Origin: Eledone cirrhosa
Taxonomy: Eukaryota
Direction: 5' to 3'
DNA: 64,000 bases
Assembly (NCBI GenBank): GCA_964016885.1
Contig: OZ024742.1
Coordinates: forward strand, 296,856,001-296,920,000
This document shows, piece after piece, positions 24,301-38,499 of this stretch. The position numbers and the translations under genes are program-made. The notes beneath the pieces were generated by a model that was not told the origin of the DNA, searched no databases, and saw only the letters and a list, made by a program, of their open reading frames with translations. Each line of letters begins with the position of its first letter. Position 1 is the stretch's first letter.

Positions 24301-25689
24301 TTTAAAGATGAAAATTATGAATGTGACAATATTCTAAAAGTGGAATTAGTACAAGAGTTAAATTCAATAGAATATCTTCCTGTGGATCAAGAAAAGTAAT
24401 TCCTAATGACATGACTAAATTGTAACAACAATAATAAACAAACACAACCCTAGCCATCATGCTCTTAATGAAAACAGACATGAAGATAGATATCAGCAGA
24501 ATAAATTATATAATATATACAGCATCAAAAGTAGTTGAATTTCAATACAAAGCAAATGACATAAAAAAACAAACAGAAGTTTAAATAATAAAATACATCT
24601 CTTAACCCTTTAGTTGCCAACCTGGCCAACCGGCACTGGTTCTATGAAATAAAACAACCCATTTTAAAGATTTCCAATTTAAATTAATATCTTCCAACAT
24701 AATTTATAAATTAGTATCTTCCAGCATACATTAAGTTACTATTTTAGAAATAAAATAACTAATACTTTTAGTAAATCCCTCAAAATTATTAATTAATTAA
24801 TTAAAATAGAGTGTAAAATAAGGTTAAACTTTAAAGAAATCAATAACCAAAAGATACAACTGTCATGTTTGTAGGGTTTTAAGAGTTTACTTCACAAATA
24901 TATGGTTTTGGGTTCAATTGTACCACATGACACATATTATAGGCTTGAGTAGACCAATGTTTTGAGAGTGGAATTTGGTTGATTGAAACTGCAGAAGACC
25001 ATCCTATATATATGTATATATCCATGTCTATGTTTACATTTGTGTTTGTTTCTATGTTTATATCCCAGCACTTAGTATCAATGTATGTATTTATGTTGTT
25101 TTTTTTAGGAGTGAGAGACTGGATGTCATCATTAATACATCTCTCTAAGAGAAGGTCACTCTGATATAAAACCTGCGACTTTGTTTGTATCCCATGATGT
25201 AGACTAGTTCTTCTTTTTGGCCAAATCCATTCGATGTCCAAAGAGTGAGATTAGCTCTGTATACAGCCTTTTCTCACTTAAAAAAGCTTCAAGCACAGGC
25301 ATCACTTGACATGTGACATCTTTTGCAATGCAAGGTATTGCTGGCCATAGGCTAGTCCCTAGCAGGACTAAAATGCCACGTCCATGATGCTCATTCTTAA
25401 GTATCAAGTGATGGCATTACTCGAAATCGAGTTGCAGCCATCATCATTATGTATGTATATGTGTATGTATGTCCATGTCTGTTTATGTTTGTGTCAGTTT
25501 GTGTTTATGTTCTGCAACTTAGAGGTTTAAAAAGAGATTGATAAAATAAGTACCAAACTTGAAATATAGTACTAGAGTTGATAGCAACTAAATCAAAGCA
25601 GTCAAGTGAAAAAACCAGTAACATAATAACAGAAAAGAACTGAACAAAAATGAAAGAAAGACAAACACTACATAAATCTATAACACCAA

Positions 25690-26515
25690 CAAAAACCAAA
25701 GTATCTGAATCAATAAACCTCTGAAACAAAGGATCCTTGCCAAACTGTAAAGAAAATATTGTTATACAAACCAACAACAATTCTTTGAACAGAGCAAAGT
25801 GTTAGACCTCAACTTAAACAGATTTTCTAAAGGGTTGGCAAAAATAAAATAGAAATCAATGCATCATCAATGATACAAAAACATCTGAGGAAGAATATGG
25901 GCAATGTAGAACTCACAATAGATGAGATTGTTCGAAGTAGCTAACATAGCACCTGAACAATCATTGGAATAGCCCAGACTTGACAAATAACAAATTAGAA
26001 AGCACCAGAAAATAATTGTTTCTACTTTAGGCACAAGGCCAGCAATTACCCAGTGCATTACTGGTACTTTATTTTATCGACCCCGTAAGGATGAAAGGCA
26101 AAGTCAACCTCGGCAGGATTTGAACTTAGATCATAAAGGGACGTAACTATGCTGGAAAGCATGGCGTCCGACCCTCTACCGATACTGCCAAGCACCAGAA
26201 AATAATGAATTGCCAACAGTTCTGTTTGCTAAATGTTTAATAATCATATAGAAAGTGCCAGAAGAAATATTTAAAAGAAGACTGAAAGAAATGGAAACAA
26301 CATCTGATTGGTATAATATGAAGAAAACCACCTTAATACTCAAACCCTAAACACTACTGATCAATAAGCCACTAGCCTACATTATACACAGCTATAAAAA
26401 TTCTGGGGATGGGTATAGGAAAGGAAGCACCTAAACATTTATGGGGTTAGCTGAGACTACAAATAACAAACTAGAAGTCACCAAGAAATAATAAATTCCA
26501 AATTCTGCTTGATAT
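25690..26515 (+). mobile_element. Ancient R4/Dong-like RT remnant
   Basis: Degenerate LKQRILAK..QQFFEQSK and DW..KKTTLILK segments resemble the 18400-18950 region; interrupted by a SINE. Confidence 0.45.
26017..26189 (-). mobile_element. Deu/Nin-like SINE with 17-bp TSD
   Basis: AAGCACCAGAAAATAAT at 26000-26016 and 26190-26206. Confidence 0.93.
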
Positions 26516-26555
26516 CTATCTATCTATCTATCTTACCACCACCGCCATCACCATT

Positions 26556-27112
26556 ATCATCATCATCGTTTAATATCTACTCTCCCTGCTACCAAGGGCT
26601 GGATGTGTCTTCACAAACTGAGTCAGTACTGAACTGGGTCTACTGATATCTTAGACAGGCCAGGAGATTGCATCTTGCTTACATATGGTCCCACATTCTA
26701 CTGAGTGAATTTTATCATAACACCAGCACTATCAGTGGTGGCGTGGTCACGAGTGTAGAAGGGAGCAGTATAGTGATGGAGGGAATAGCTAAGAAGTGGT
26801 ACTGTAGAGACATGGATGAGGTGGGGTAGGGGTATGCCATGATCGGTTAGGTAACGTATATGCTGATGGCTCGGTCTTCACCAGCACAACATGGCACCAA
26901 CCCTCACAGTTCTTTGTCATCTCTGTAGTCTAACCCATGCTAGCGTGAAAGATGGGCGTTAAACGATGATGATGATGATAATGATGATGACATAGTGAAG
27001 TTTAGTTTCTTAAGGTCAGTCTTCATTACCTTGACCCAAGTCTTCTTTGGTCTGCCTTTTCCATGGGTCCCAGCCACTGGGATTTTTCTACATTTTTTAT
27101 GCAGCTGACATC
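26556..27112 (-). mobile_element. Old RTE 3' fragment containing a nested plus-strand RTE tail (26928-26990)
   Basis: KKCRKIPVAGTHGKGRPKKTWVKVMKTDLKKL on the minus strand; inserted GTCTAACCCATGCTAGCGTG..CGTTAAAC(GAT)n. Confidence 0.75.
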
Positions 27113-27113
27113 T

Positions 27114-27171
<58 letters not shown>

Positions 27172-27229
27172 CACGCGTGTGTGTGTGTGCGGGCGCGCGT
27201 GTGTGTGTGTGTACGTATGTTATTGTAAA

Positions 27230-29890
27230 ACATGTGAATGAGTACTCAATGTCAAACTAGTGTTCAAATATTCTTTATTGTGGCTAAGTATTCAGTGTTG
27301 TTACTCTGGAGTTTTACCCGTACACTCACAGGATCATGTGACATGACTAGATTTTGAATATCAGAGAGTATAAATAGAGGAAGATTGAGGGTAGGGATAA
27401 TGGGTTGGCTAAGTGCCTTTGTTTAAATGTGTAGTGAGGGATGGCGTTTAGTGGATGTATATGCAGTAATAGAGAGGATATGAGAAAGAAGAGAAAGAAA
27501 GGAGGTTTAAAAAGAAAAAAGAGAAAACGAAACAAAGGAAGTAAAAAAGAAATATGAGTAAGTTGCTATGTAAGGTGAAGTTTAAGATGGGGATGATGAG
27601 AAATAGAAAATGATTTAGATGGGTCGATGAGTGTACAAGAATTGATGATGGTGAATAAAATATTTAGTAGATAAGGGAACGACTTGAGAAAAGAGTAGAT
27701 ATAGTATATACGATGATGATGATGTTAAAAATATGAATTAATAAAATTAGCAAAAGAGTTGATTGCTGAGAAACAGTAAAATGGTAATGACCTTTGTATA
27801 GTGAAAGTGGATGGAATAAATCAAATGAAATGGTTTGGTAGATTTCTGCTTGTAGATGGTGATGGTGGTTGTGGTACTGATGTTTAAAGTGATGATAGTG
27901 ATGAATAGGGTAAACAAAATGAATTAGAAATAACTCTCATTGGTAGTTCAGTGCATATCAGTAGATGGAGGTGAATATGATATTTAGTGGATAATAGAAT
28001 TGAGAAAACAGTGGATATGTTATGTATGATGATGATGATTATCATCATCATTGTTTAACAGCTATATTCTATGTTAGCATGGGTTAGATGAGTTGTTTCA
28101 TTTGAAGCAAGGTTGGTCAAGTGACTGTGTCTTTCTCATACAGAACTCGTTTTGGCTACGTTTCTATGGCTGGATGCTCTTCCTAATGTCAACCCCATTT
28201 ACATTGTGTGCTGGGTGCTTTTTGTCACGACACCCACATGACCACTTTATAGTTTTGACTTTTTGATATGACACATACACAACCACTTTACAGTATTGGC
28301 TGGGCGCTTTTTGTTGTGACACCTACACAACCACTATACAGTGTTGACTGGGTGAATTATGTTTATGATAACGTTAAAAATTGACAGTAGAAATTAGTGA
28401 ATTAGAAAAAGAATCAGTAAAATGGTAATGGCCTTTGTATTGTGATACTTTCAAAGTCTTTAACTCCAAGTAATGAAGATTATAGTAATAACTGTTTCTA
28501 CTTTAGGCACAAGGCCAGCAATTAACCAGTGCATTAGTAATAACGTTATAGATTGCTGATGGCGATGGTAGTAGCAGTGTCAAGCAAGGAAATATGGATG
28601 AAAACATAATATAAAAGTATACAAAATATATCGTATATTAGTGCTACTGCTTATGCCATGGTGGTCTGGGTAATAATCGTGGTTTACAGAGCTAAGAGAT
28701 TTGGAAGGAGATTTGAAAATGTTTGAAAGAAGGAAATAAGAAAAAGAAATGAAAAAATAAGAAAATAAAAAGAAAAAAAGAATTTAGTGGAAATAAGACA
28801 GCAATAAAATAACGAAAATAAGAAAATAGGAAATAATGTAGAAATGAAAAAAATAAAATAGGAAAAAAAGAAAGTAATGTTGGATTACTTACTGTCTATG
28901 AACTCAGAAGATGACAGCAGTACACAAGATATAGAATCTAGAAGGGATGGTGGGGATACTCATAGCCTGAGTGTATGGATGTGTGTAGGGTGGGGGTGTA
29001 GGTGTAGATGGGTCTTTCGCTATTTGTATAATCTGGTACACATCACTATCCAGTGGGTATTCTATGAAACAGTAAATTATACAATGTGCAGATAGGTATT
29101 AATGGCATCATGTATACTTCATTTAATGGTTGAATGATTTGTGAAGCTGTTATCTTTCAATTGTTGGATGTATTTTGACAATGTTGTTGAGTTCTGTAAT
29201 CACATATTCTTGAGTGCATGTAGGTGTTGAAGAAGTACGACTTGAAGGTGTTTTCAGTCCATTCAACATATATTTTCCCTTGTATGCTAGCTTTGTATAC
29301 AAGCTCACTGGATAGTTATTTGAAGTCCAGTGAGCATTGTGTTTGATCTCTACAAATACATGCAGGAGGTTTGTAGGGTATGCTGTCAGTGTAATGTTTG
29401 TTTGTTGTGATTCAGTATTTGTGAATCTATATTGTTAAGGCAGCTGCAGCTTACTTAACGATCTTGTAGTATCGGTCAGTGAGGGGGATGTGCTTTCTTA
29501 CAAGAGAAAGAAAGTGTCTGGCTATGTTATGGAGACATTGAGACTGTAAGGAGGATTATACTAGGTAATATTCAATTTTATTAAGTTGAACAAGTCAGTT
29601 TCAAGGGGAAAGTTGTGAGGGGAAGAATACCCCCCCCCCCCCCACACACACACACAACAATGACATGCTACCCTTGAAAAGTAACTTGATCAACTTAAAA
29701 TAAAAAGTAATGTTCAACAATAACACACACTATCACAACACAAAGGTCATTACTGCTTTACTATTTCAAAGCATTTCATCCTTTTGCTAAATTTACTAAT
29801 TCCTAATTTAACTTTATCATCTCCATTATCATCATAGTGTATACTATATGCATAGTGTTCTCAAGTAATTCCATTATCCCCATTATTCCT
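27230..29890 (-). mobile_element. Fragmented Penelope-like element (GIY-YIG region, repeats, decayed hammerhead)
   Basis: Minus strand 29560-29100: YNPPYSLNV..NIARHFLSLVRKH..NHNK..CRDQTQC..LVYKASI..IYV..TENTFK..TLSKYI.QLKD; decayed hammerhead 27294-27348 followed by AATAAA. Confidence 0.7.
28493..28534 (-). mobile_element. 42-bp 3' stub of the Deu/Nin-like SINE
   Basis: TSD TAGTAATAAC at 28483-28492 and 28535-28544. Confidence 0.8.
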
Positions 29891-30159
29891 ATCAACACAC
29901 ACACACATATATATATGTAGTGTAAACAAATTTTCATAAACTTAACATGTATGTGTTAGAGGCCAGTTTAAATGTGCCTCCTCCATTATACAGTGGTGGC
30001 CAGAACTGAACACATAAACCATTGGTACCACTTACATGTTAAGTGTATGAAACTTTCTTTACACTAAACAAGCTCTCTTCCAAAATATTGAGCACTGTTT
30101 TCCTTGATCTTTCATCTATGGATCTCTACCAATGCATATATGTATATATACATATATAT

Positions 30160-31431
30160 GGCCTAGAATCAAAAGGCCTTAAAATTAACCTGTCTAAGAC
30201 TAAAGTTCTAGTTTGTAGGAAGGAAAATAGGGCACCGGTCCCATGTGGGAAATGGACATGCTCAGTGTGTAGGAAAGAAGTAGGCAGAAACTCCATTTTA
30301 TGTCCCAAATGCAAAGTATGGGTGCAGAAAAGATGTAGTGGGATCACAGTTAAGCTAACTAAGAATATAGATTTTATATGTGGCCGGTGCTCTGGTGCAA
30401 TAAGTAGCAGCAAGTGCCCAGAGAATACTAGCTCATTCCATTGCACAGATGGTTCTATAGAAATAGTGGACAGCTTCCGTTACCTGGGTGACAAAATCAG
30501 CAGTGGTGGAGGGTGCTCTGAAAGTACAGTAGCTTGAGTCAGAACTGGATGGAAAAAGTTCAGAGAGCTTATACCACTATTAGCCGCTAAAGGGTTCTCT
30601 CTAAAAATGAAAGGCAGGCTGTATGATGCCTGCATACGAACAGCAATGTTACATGGCAGTGAGACCTGGGCATTGTGTGCAGAGGATATACGCAGACTGG
30701 AGAGGAACGAAGCTTGCATGCTCTGCTGGATGTGTAATAGTAATATACGTGAACAGCAAAGCATGAACAAACTAAGGGAAAAATTAGAAATACGAGGGAT
30801 CAGATGTTGTTTACTCGAGAGAAGACTACATTTGTACGGTCACGTGATGCGCATGAAAGACGACAGCTGTATAAAAAAGTGCAGGGCAATAAAAATAGAC
30901 GGTAGCCATGGAGTAGGCAGACCCAGAAAAACCTGGGATGACCTGATAAATTCCGACCTCACACACTTACACCTCTCCAAGACAATGTCACTGGACCGAG
31001 ATCTTTGGCGCTACACAGTAATACAGAAGACCCGCCTTACCTAAGTACAAAGTGAAACCTACTACAGTCAGTAGGCACCTCTAACAAAAATACACCCCCG
31101 TCCCACTACCCCCCACCCCATCCACACCACCCCTTTCAATGTAAAGTTATGTTGGTACCACAACATCCAGTCCGAAACAAATGAGGTCGGTTAGGTGTCA
31201 CGACAAAACAAAACACACAGTCCACGCTGTAATGTGGCCGTGTAGGTAACATGGTAAAAACCTCCCAGTCCACACTGTAAACGTGGTTGGTGTTAGGAAG
31301 GGCATCCAGCCGTAGAAAACCCGCCAGACAGTCCTATGCGAGCAAGACAACCACTCTTGCCTCAAGTGGGAAAACTCCCATCCAAACCCATGCAAGCGTG
31401 GAAGATGGACGTTAAACAATGATGATGATGA
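30160..31431 (+). mobile_element. RTE family A, 5'-truncated (PHD region, C-terminus, 3' UTR)
   Basis: ORFs 30043-30537 and 30607-31044; (GAT)n tail followed by TA. Confidence 0.93.
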
Positions 31432-31439
31432 TATATATC

Positions 31440-32342
31440 AAAATTATAAAAGCACCTTTATTCTCCAAGACAAATGTAACATCAAACCCTAAAAGCTACT
31501 AACCCATAATATGCCAGTTTACTTTAGCCAATCATCATATATTTTCTAGCTAGCATTTTACAATGGTATTTTGTAGTTTTGTTTTAAGCAGCTGTATGAA
31601 TGTTTGAGATGGGTATGGATAGCAAATGAAATATACTGGGAAAGACTCTTCAATGCACTAATTGTTAATTTGCACATCATGATTAGAGTCCATAAGAATT
31701 GGAAAATATTTACATTAATTCAGCAACTGTTGTAAAGCAGATCATTATATTTAGACATTGGAGGTGGGGCTGAAAGATAAATAAAACAACGGTATGATTT
31801 GAACTTAGAATATATTATAAAGCAGTCAAATATCACAAAGCACTTTCCTGCTCTACTGATTCAGCTTACCATTGTTTTAATCATAATGATATCAATAACA
31901 ATGGATAAACCAAAAGTGTCTTTGGTCATTACAGAAGTATACAGGTAGAAAAACCCATAGATATGAAGAATGAAGAGGTATTTAAACTTAATAATGTACC
32001 AACAAGATACAATGGGAAGATTTTAGCAAGAATATACTTGACCTTTGATAGATGACAAAAGCAGTAGGGGACATGAAATACCATACACAAATAGTTGGGA
32101 GGCAGAGGAGCCAAAGCTGAGACAAAATAGTTTTACTCACAGCAAAATACCAACGAATTCTCACCTAGAAACCACCTAAAATCTATAATGAAGCAGAATA
32201 CAAAAGTAACTGAAGAACATTTAAATGTTGTTCATAGAACTATGTTAGCATATAATGAATGGAATACAATCAGAAAAATGATAATACAAATATACCACAA
32301 AATGTTTCAGAGAATGGAAAAGTAACCATGCTTTGGGACATT
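31440..32342 (+). mobile_element. Highly decayed R4/Dong-like remnant
   Basis: SNPKSY*PIIC near 31480; PQNVSENGKVTMLWD near 32295-32340. Confidence 0.4.
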
Positions 32343-35300
32343 CTGCATGCTAGCGTGGAAAATGGACGTTAAACGAAGATGATGATGATGATGATGAAAT
32401 AAAATAAAATGTTAAAGATGCTTAAAATGTCCCCCAAACAATTTATCAATCCTAACTAATTCCAATGTATTTCTCAAATAAAAAGAAATAACTCTGCAAA
32501 TGCAAATACATGAGAATAGAATTTTCAGGGTTGTGTGAAATAGATATAGAAAGAAATAATAGATGCCTTGGGATTTATAAAAAACAATGATGGGACATAT
32601 AATACGACCCAACCCCCAAGACTTTCCTACATAAAGAACTAAAGAAAATAACATTAGTATGCACTGCATATATATGTAGAGTATTTTTGATACAATGAAG
32701 TATAAGCCATCTCACATACATACAAAGATGCAGTGAAATCCAACAATCATATTAACACATATAATCTGTATTTTTAATATTGACACTAGAACACTCATTT
32801 GATGGGGAGAACAGTTAATTTAATGAACCTCAAATCTGCCAAGAATAATAAAATAATAATAATGATGATAATAATGGTTTCAATTTTAAACACAAGACCA
32901 GCAATTTTGGAGGAGGAGAAAGGCATTCAAATTGACCCCAGTACCTGATTAGTTCTTTATTTGATCGACCGCATGAGGATAAAAGGCAAAGTTGACCTCA
33001 GCAAGATTTCAACTCAGAGAGCAGAAAGCTGGAACAATAATTGAAGGTATTAATAAAATGCTCAAAGATTCTGCTACTCCCATGCCCTAGGATGATAATA
33101 ACAATGGTAATGGAATGTGCTGATGATAATTATGGAGATAAAATATTTATGAGAATAATGATAATAATAATGATGATGATATTAATGATTGAGGAGGAGG
33201 AGAGGGAGGGTAGGACGATAATATTAATAATAATAATAATGAAGATTGCATTTTTTAAATTTAATTTTTTAAATTTATTTTGTTTTAAATCATAAATAAA
33301 TTATAGCTTATGTTTCTTTTTAAAGACTTCATTAACATATCCATTGGCAATTCAACTTGTCTTTGAACCATTGATGATTACAACTAAAATCTGCATGAAA
33401 ATTATATGAAAATTGTAAACACAAGAAGAAAATTCCCATTTTGCAATTTTTGAAAAATCCTCTTTTGGATTATCATAAGAATGAAAGAAATATTACTGTG
33501 TCAATGATTACAGATATTTCTTTTGTAAGTTTGTAATTTCAAAAGGAAAACGCTTCAAATTATATTAACATCAAAGATGTTAAAAATATTTCTTTTAATA
33601 ATTAAAATTTCATATTTCCCTTTTTTCTTAATTTTAGACAAAACCATTGACATAAAATGCTCAGTAATATGGGAATGTTTATTTTCATAGAACTCTTTCT
33701 GTCATTATAATGTTGCTTATGCGAGCGAGTAAAGCAAATGTCAAATTATCATATTATATTAAGATAGAAGAAATAAAATATATGGCTACAGCTGGTTGTT
33801 AAAATCAAAATAAATTTTGGTATTTGAAAAGGATTTCTGCTTTAAGAAATGGTGGTAATAATTATCTAACCACATAATACATATATGATCACCATCATTA
33901 GCATCATTATTTCATGACTATTTTCCTTGCTAGCAAATATTGGATTGTTCACAGTAACTAAGTCAGAACTTAAGCAGAGCTACTCACTTCTCAGATGGGG
34001 CAGGGGAACACATCTTGTTTATATGAATTCTTGCACTTTACTGAGTGTATGTTATCATGGTGCCAGCACTAGAGAGGTGTTATGTTTTTGACACAACTGA
34101 AGAGTTTTCCACACCCTTTGATTGCAGATTTTATTTTGCTGGATACCCTTACTATCACTGACCACTTGGTGAAATATACTGGTCCATTTATCGTGGAGGT
34201 CACCAGCACAATAGAGCTTGTCATAATCTTCATATAATTGAACAGTCCTTTTGATGCTTTTTTGGCATGGCTTCTACATGTGAATGATCGTTCTATTACC
34301 AATCACTTTATAGCATGTACTAAGAGTATTTTTGGGTAACACCACTAGAGAGGTTTTCGTGTCATGATGGGAGGATACTGTCAACCCCTTTAACCAAGAT
34401 TTTTAAAACAATAGTTTTACATGAATTGGATATTCAGTATTAAATGTTTGGATTAAAACCAATATCTGTTTGTTATTGGCATAATACATAGTGTGTTTAT
34501 ATTAAGAAAGAGAAATCAAAGTTTCAGTTCAACATATATTTGTGTTAAGTGATTAGTAATCACACATAAAATGCGTTTTGCAAATGACCAGCTCAGAGTT
34601 TTAATCAGGTACAGTCAGCTCAATTCTAGGAAAGATTTGGTCATCATATTGGAGATTAGAATCAGAATATGACCATCTCTGCTTATGTAAGACATCTGAC
34701 ATGCCTTTATATAGGATATTGACCACGCCCAAATGCCATGCCATAAAGTGATGGGTTTACTATGTAAAGCTACACACATATATATATATATACACATATT
34801 AATATGTTGACAAAGCTGTCAGGATAGTGACCCGTATAACCATGGCCAACCCACTACTCACTCAATGAGACAGAAAATTTTAACATGGGAATGCAGAAAA
34901 CTATATAGCAAGTGCACACAATGTTATTTGTAAGAAAGACAACTGCATGTGGATCATGGCAAATTTTATATCAACAATTCCCTGAATGAAATTTAGTTTC
35001 TTCTGCACCTAAATTTCACAGTGGTTGTACCAAATATAAGTTGTACAATCCATTCTGTATCTCTTTAACGGCGGGATAGTCCTTCTGAAACGCCAGTAAG
35101 TTTTTATATCTGCCGCATGTATCATATTAAAATTTACTACTAGACTTTAGTAGCCACAGACTGACAGTAAAACATGATATCAGAAGAAGTCAAATAGCCA
35201 ACTGTTGTGAAGGAATATGTTTAGCAGGAATTTCAACAGCTGAATTTATAGCCAAAAGCTCTCAACCAGTGAAAAAAGTGAAACAGACTTGCAAAGAAAT

Positions 35301-37089
35301 ACATAGGGAACTGAATTATAAAAAAAACATTCTACTTATATATATATATACATACACACACACACATATATATATATATGTATATATATATCTACATAAG
35401 TTGGTATCTCTTGGAAACCAGTAAAATATAGATGAGTTGTAAACATTGATGTAACAAAATTGGATGAGAAATTAGAGATGGCATGCTAAGAAGGGTAAAA
35501 AACATTTTGTTGCCTTGGTAATATTTATTAGTCCCAATATATTTTTGTATGCACTATCCATTATCAAAGGAACCATTGGGAACCTTGGAGAATATTGGAG
35601 TGGAAATTTCTAGACTTCTGTGTAGCTTGTGAAGGAGTTATATGTAAGCACACAACATTCAACATTCAACATACACTGCTTTGTCAAAATCCATTTGAGA
35701 TTTAAGATCCAAGCTCATAAATGTTGATATCAATTGGAAAATACTATAAAAATCCGAGATTCTTTATGTAATCTAATCACCAGGCTAAAGGTAGACATTT
35801 TTTTATATACCTGTAACATCGTTAATCCATTTGACACAAAACCACCCAAGATTCTAAGAAAAAAATCAGATTCAAAATTAATTGAAAATAATAGGCAGTG
35901 TATTTCATTAGAAATATAGTAGTGAAAGGGCTAAGCGCAAAACAAAGTGTATCTTTCTGTAAATATATAACTTATTTATTGAAAAAGTACAAAAGCCTAC
36001 ACAACTAATTACATGTGATACAGATATAAAGTGATATCATAAAAATCACTCTAATTACTGGTGTCCATGGAAACATACAGTATCATTGGTCCTCTGACTG
36101 TGATATTCCTATGTCATATCAGGAGGAAGGTATCTTGGCTATGAATGGAGCTCTGCTAAGAGGGATGTCTAATTTAGTGGTTTTCACTGGCTGTTTTCCA
36201 TGGCAATCCTTTTATCATCTTTTCCACAGAATGCAGTTGGGATGTCCTGTCCAGTAAACATTGTCATTTACCATTCTTCTCCTCCATTTTCTTTCTTTCC
36301 TTTTTTATTTTCTTATTTTTCATTTTCTTTTGCCTCTATGATATTGCAAATGTATCTCTTAAATATTTATATGGTGAATTCTTATGAAGAACCCTGTGGT
36401 GAACATACAAAAATGTGCAAATGCATGAGTGGTAATATTAGAATAAAAGATATTTAATTGGGGTTTAGTTGAAGTCAGATTTCTAACAATGGTTAAATTG
36501 CATGAGATTTATGCTGAAGTAGATTTAATTTGAATAAGATTGATAACTAAAGTAATTCAAATAAATTTGCATTGTACATATAATTTATATGTATCTGCTA
36601 TCTGTGTGCTGCAATATTCATGGTGTGTTGAGATAAGGGTTTCATATATTTGTTTTGGTTTTTTTAAATTTGTAGGGTGTAAGTGGTGTTTTTCAAATAT
36701 TTCAGTTCGTGGGTAGACTATATGCTAATTCTGCAAATGTTGAATGAGTCCTGGAGTATTTATACACTTAGACATACTCATGCCCACAAAAAGTTTTTAA
36801 AAAACATGCACATCCATACATAAAGCTATACAACCATATATACACATACATTGTATAGACACTCACATTGAACATGCACTCATCCCCCACTCACATATAT
36901 ATCATCATCATCATCATCATCGTTTAACGTTTATCTTCCACCCTAGCATGGGTTAGACGGGTGACCGTGTCTCGCTCGTATAGGACTATCTGGCAGGTTT
37001 TCTACGGCTGGATGACCTTCCTAACACGAACCATATATATATATATGTGTATGCATATTCATTATATATGTATATGTATATATATATTA

Positions 37090-37910
37090 TGCATGGGTAG
37101 GGTCCAGCATGGTCAACTAGCCAGACCCTCCTCATAACGGGAACATGCAGTTTCACATTGTAAATGTGGTTGGTGTTAGGAAGGACATCTAGCAGCCATA
37201 AAACCTAACTAAAACACAGCCCCATATGAGTAAGGTATGGCACAGCCAACTGGCCAGACTTGCCTCATAAGTGTGACCAACCAGTCACACAGTAAATATG
37301 GTTCATATTAGGAAAGGCATATAGTAGCAGTAAAAATCCCAGCCAAAACACAGGTTTCACTATGAGCAAGGTTCAATGTGATCAATTGGCCAGACCTTCT
37401 TCATAACGAGTCCACTCAGCTCCCAAATATGGATCCAGGGTACGACGCACCCAACTAGCCAAAACCCTCTTATAATGGGACCACCTAGCATGGCCAAATG
37501 GCCAGATGCTCTTAATAATGAGACCATCCAGTTCTACACTGTAAATGTAAGAAGGTTATACAACTGTAAAAAACAGCCAAATCCTCTTCATAATGAAACC
37601 ATCCGGTTCTACACTGTAAATGTAAGAAGGTTATCCAACTGTAAAAATACAGCCAAAATATAGTTCCATTTGAGGTACAGTATGGCCGAATGGCCAGATC
37701 CTCTTCATAATGAGACCATCCAGTTCTACACAGTAAATGTGATTGGTGTTAGGAAGGGCATCCAGCTGTACAAAATAAACAGTCAAAATACAGTTCCATT
37801 TTAGCAAGATATGGTGCCACCAACTGGTGAGACTGCCTCATAATGTGGACGATCCATCTTACCCATGCAAGCATGGAAAATAAGATGTTAAATGGTGATG
37901 ATGATGATGA
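37090..37910 (+). repeat. Tandemly reiterated RTE 3'-UTR modules ending in an RTE tail
   Basis: Repeated CCAGATCCTCTTCATAATGAGACCATCCAGTTCTACAC..TAAATGT variants; final GTTAGGAAGGGCATCCAG, ACCCATGCAAGCATGG and (GAT)n. Confidence 0.7.
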
Positions 37911-38499
37911 TATATATTCCATCCTGTGGAAGCTATACTAAAATACTCCAGTCTATATTGACAAGATCTTTAGTGTATATGAATATAGCAGAGTTTTGAA
38001 ATGAATTACTTTAAACCATTTGGTAATTTTCTAGGAACTTTTCCCATTGGTATATAAATCTTGTTTTTTCTTTTTCTTTCAAAGAAAATAGATTATTTTA
38101 TAATAGATTTTGTAGTTGCAGCACTTCCTGGGGGAAAAAGATTCTTTCAGAAAAGTGTATTGTTATGAATGAATTAGCAGACTTTTATTAATAACATCAG
38201 TTAGAATACCTAAAACATTCTATACATAAGAAATTGCACCCCTACAACTTAATCATGAGTTAAGGTATCGTGGATGAAAGCAAAAATAAATTGAGTTCTG
38301 TTAAAAACTGTATTTTGAGACTTTTATGTTATAATGTCAATATAAATTATTTCAATTGTTTTGAAGTTTCTGATTTTGATAGATTGATAAAAATGTTTGA
38401 ATGATAATACTGTCATTGCTTGATATATCTACAACTTGTACAATCAACTTGCTTTGTTGTCAAAATCCTTTTGATCGTAACTTTTATGAGTCATCACCC

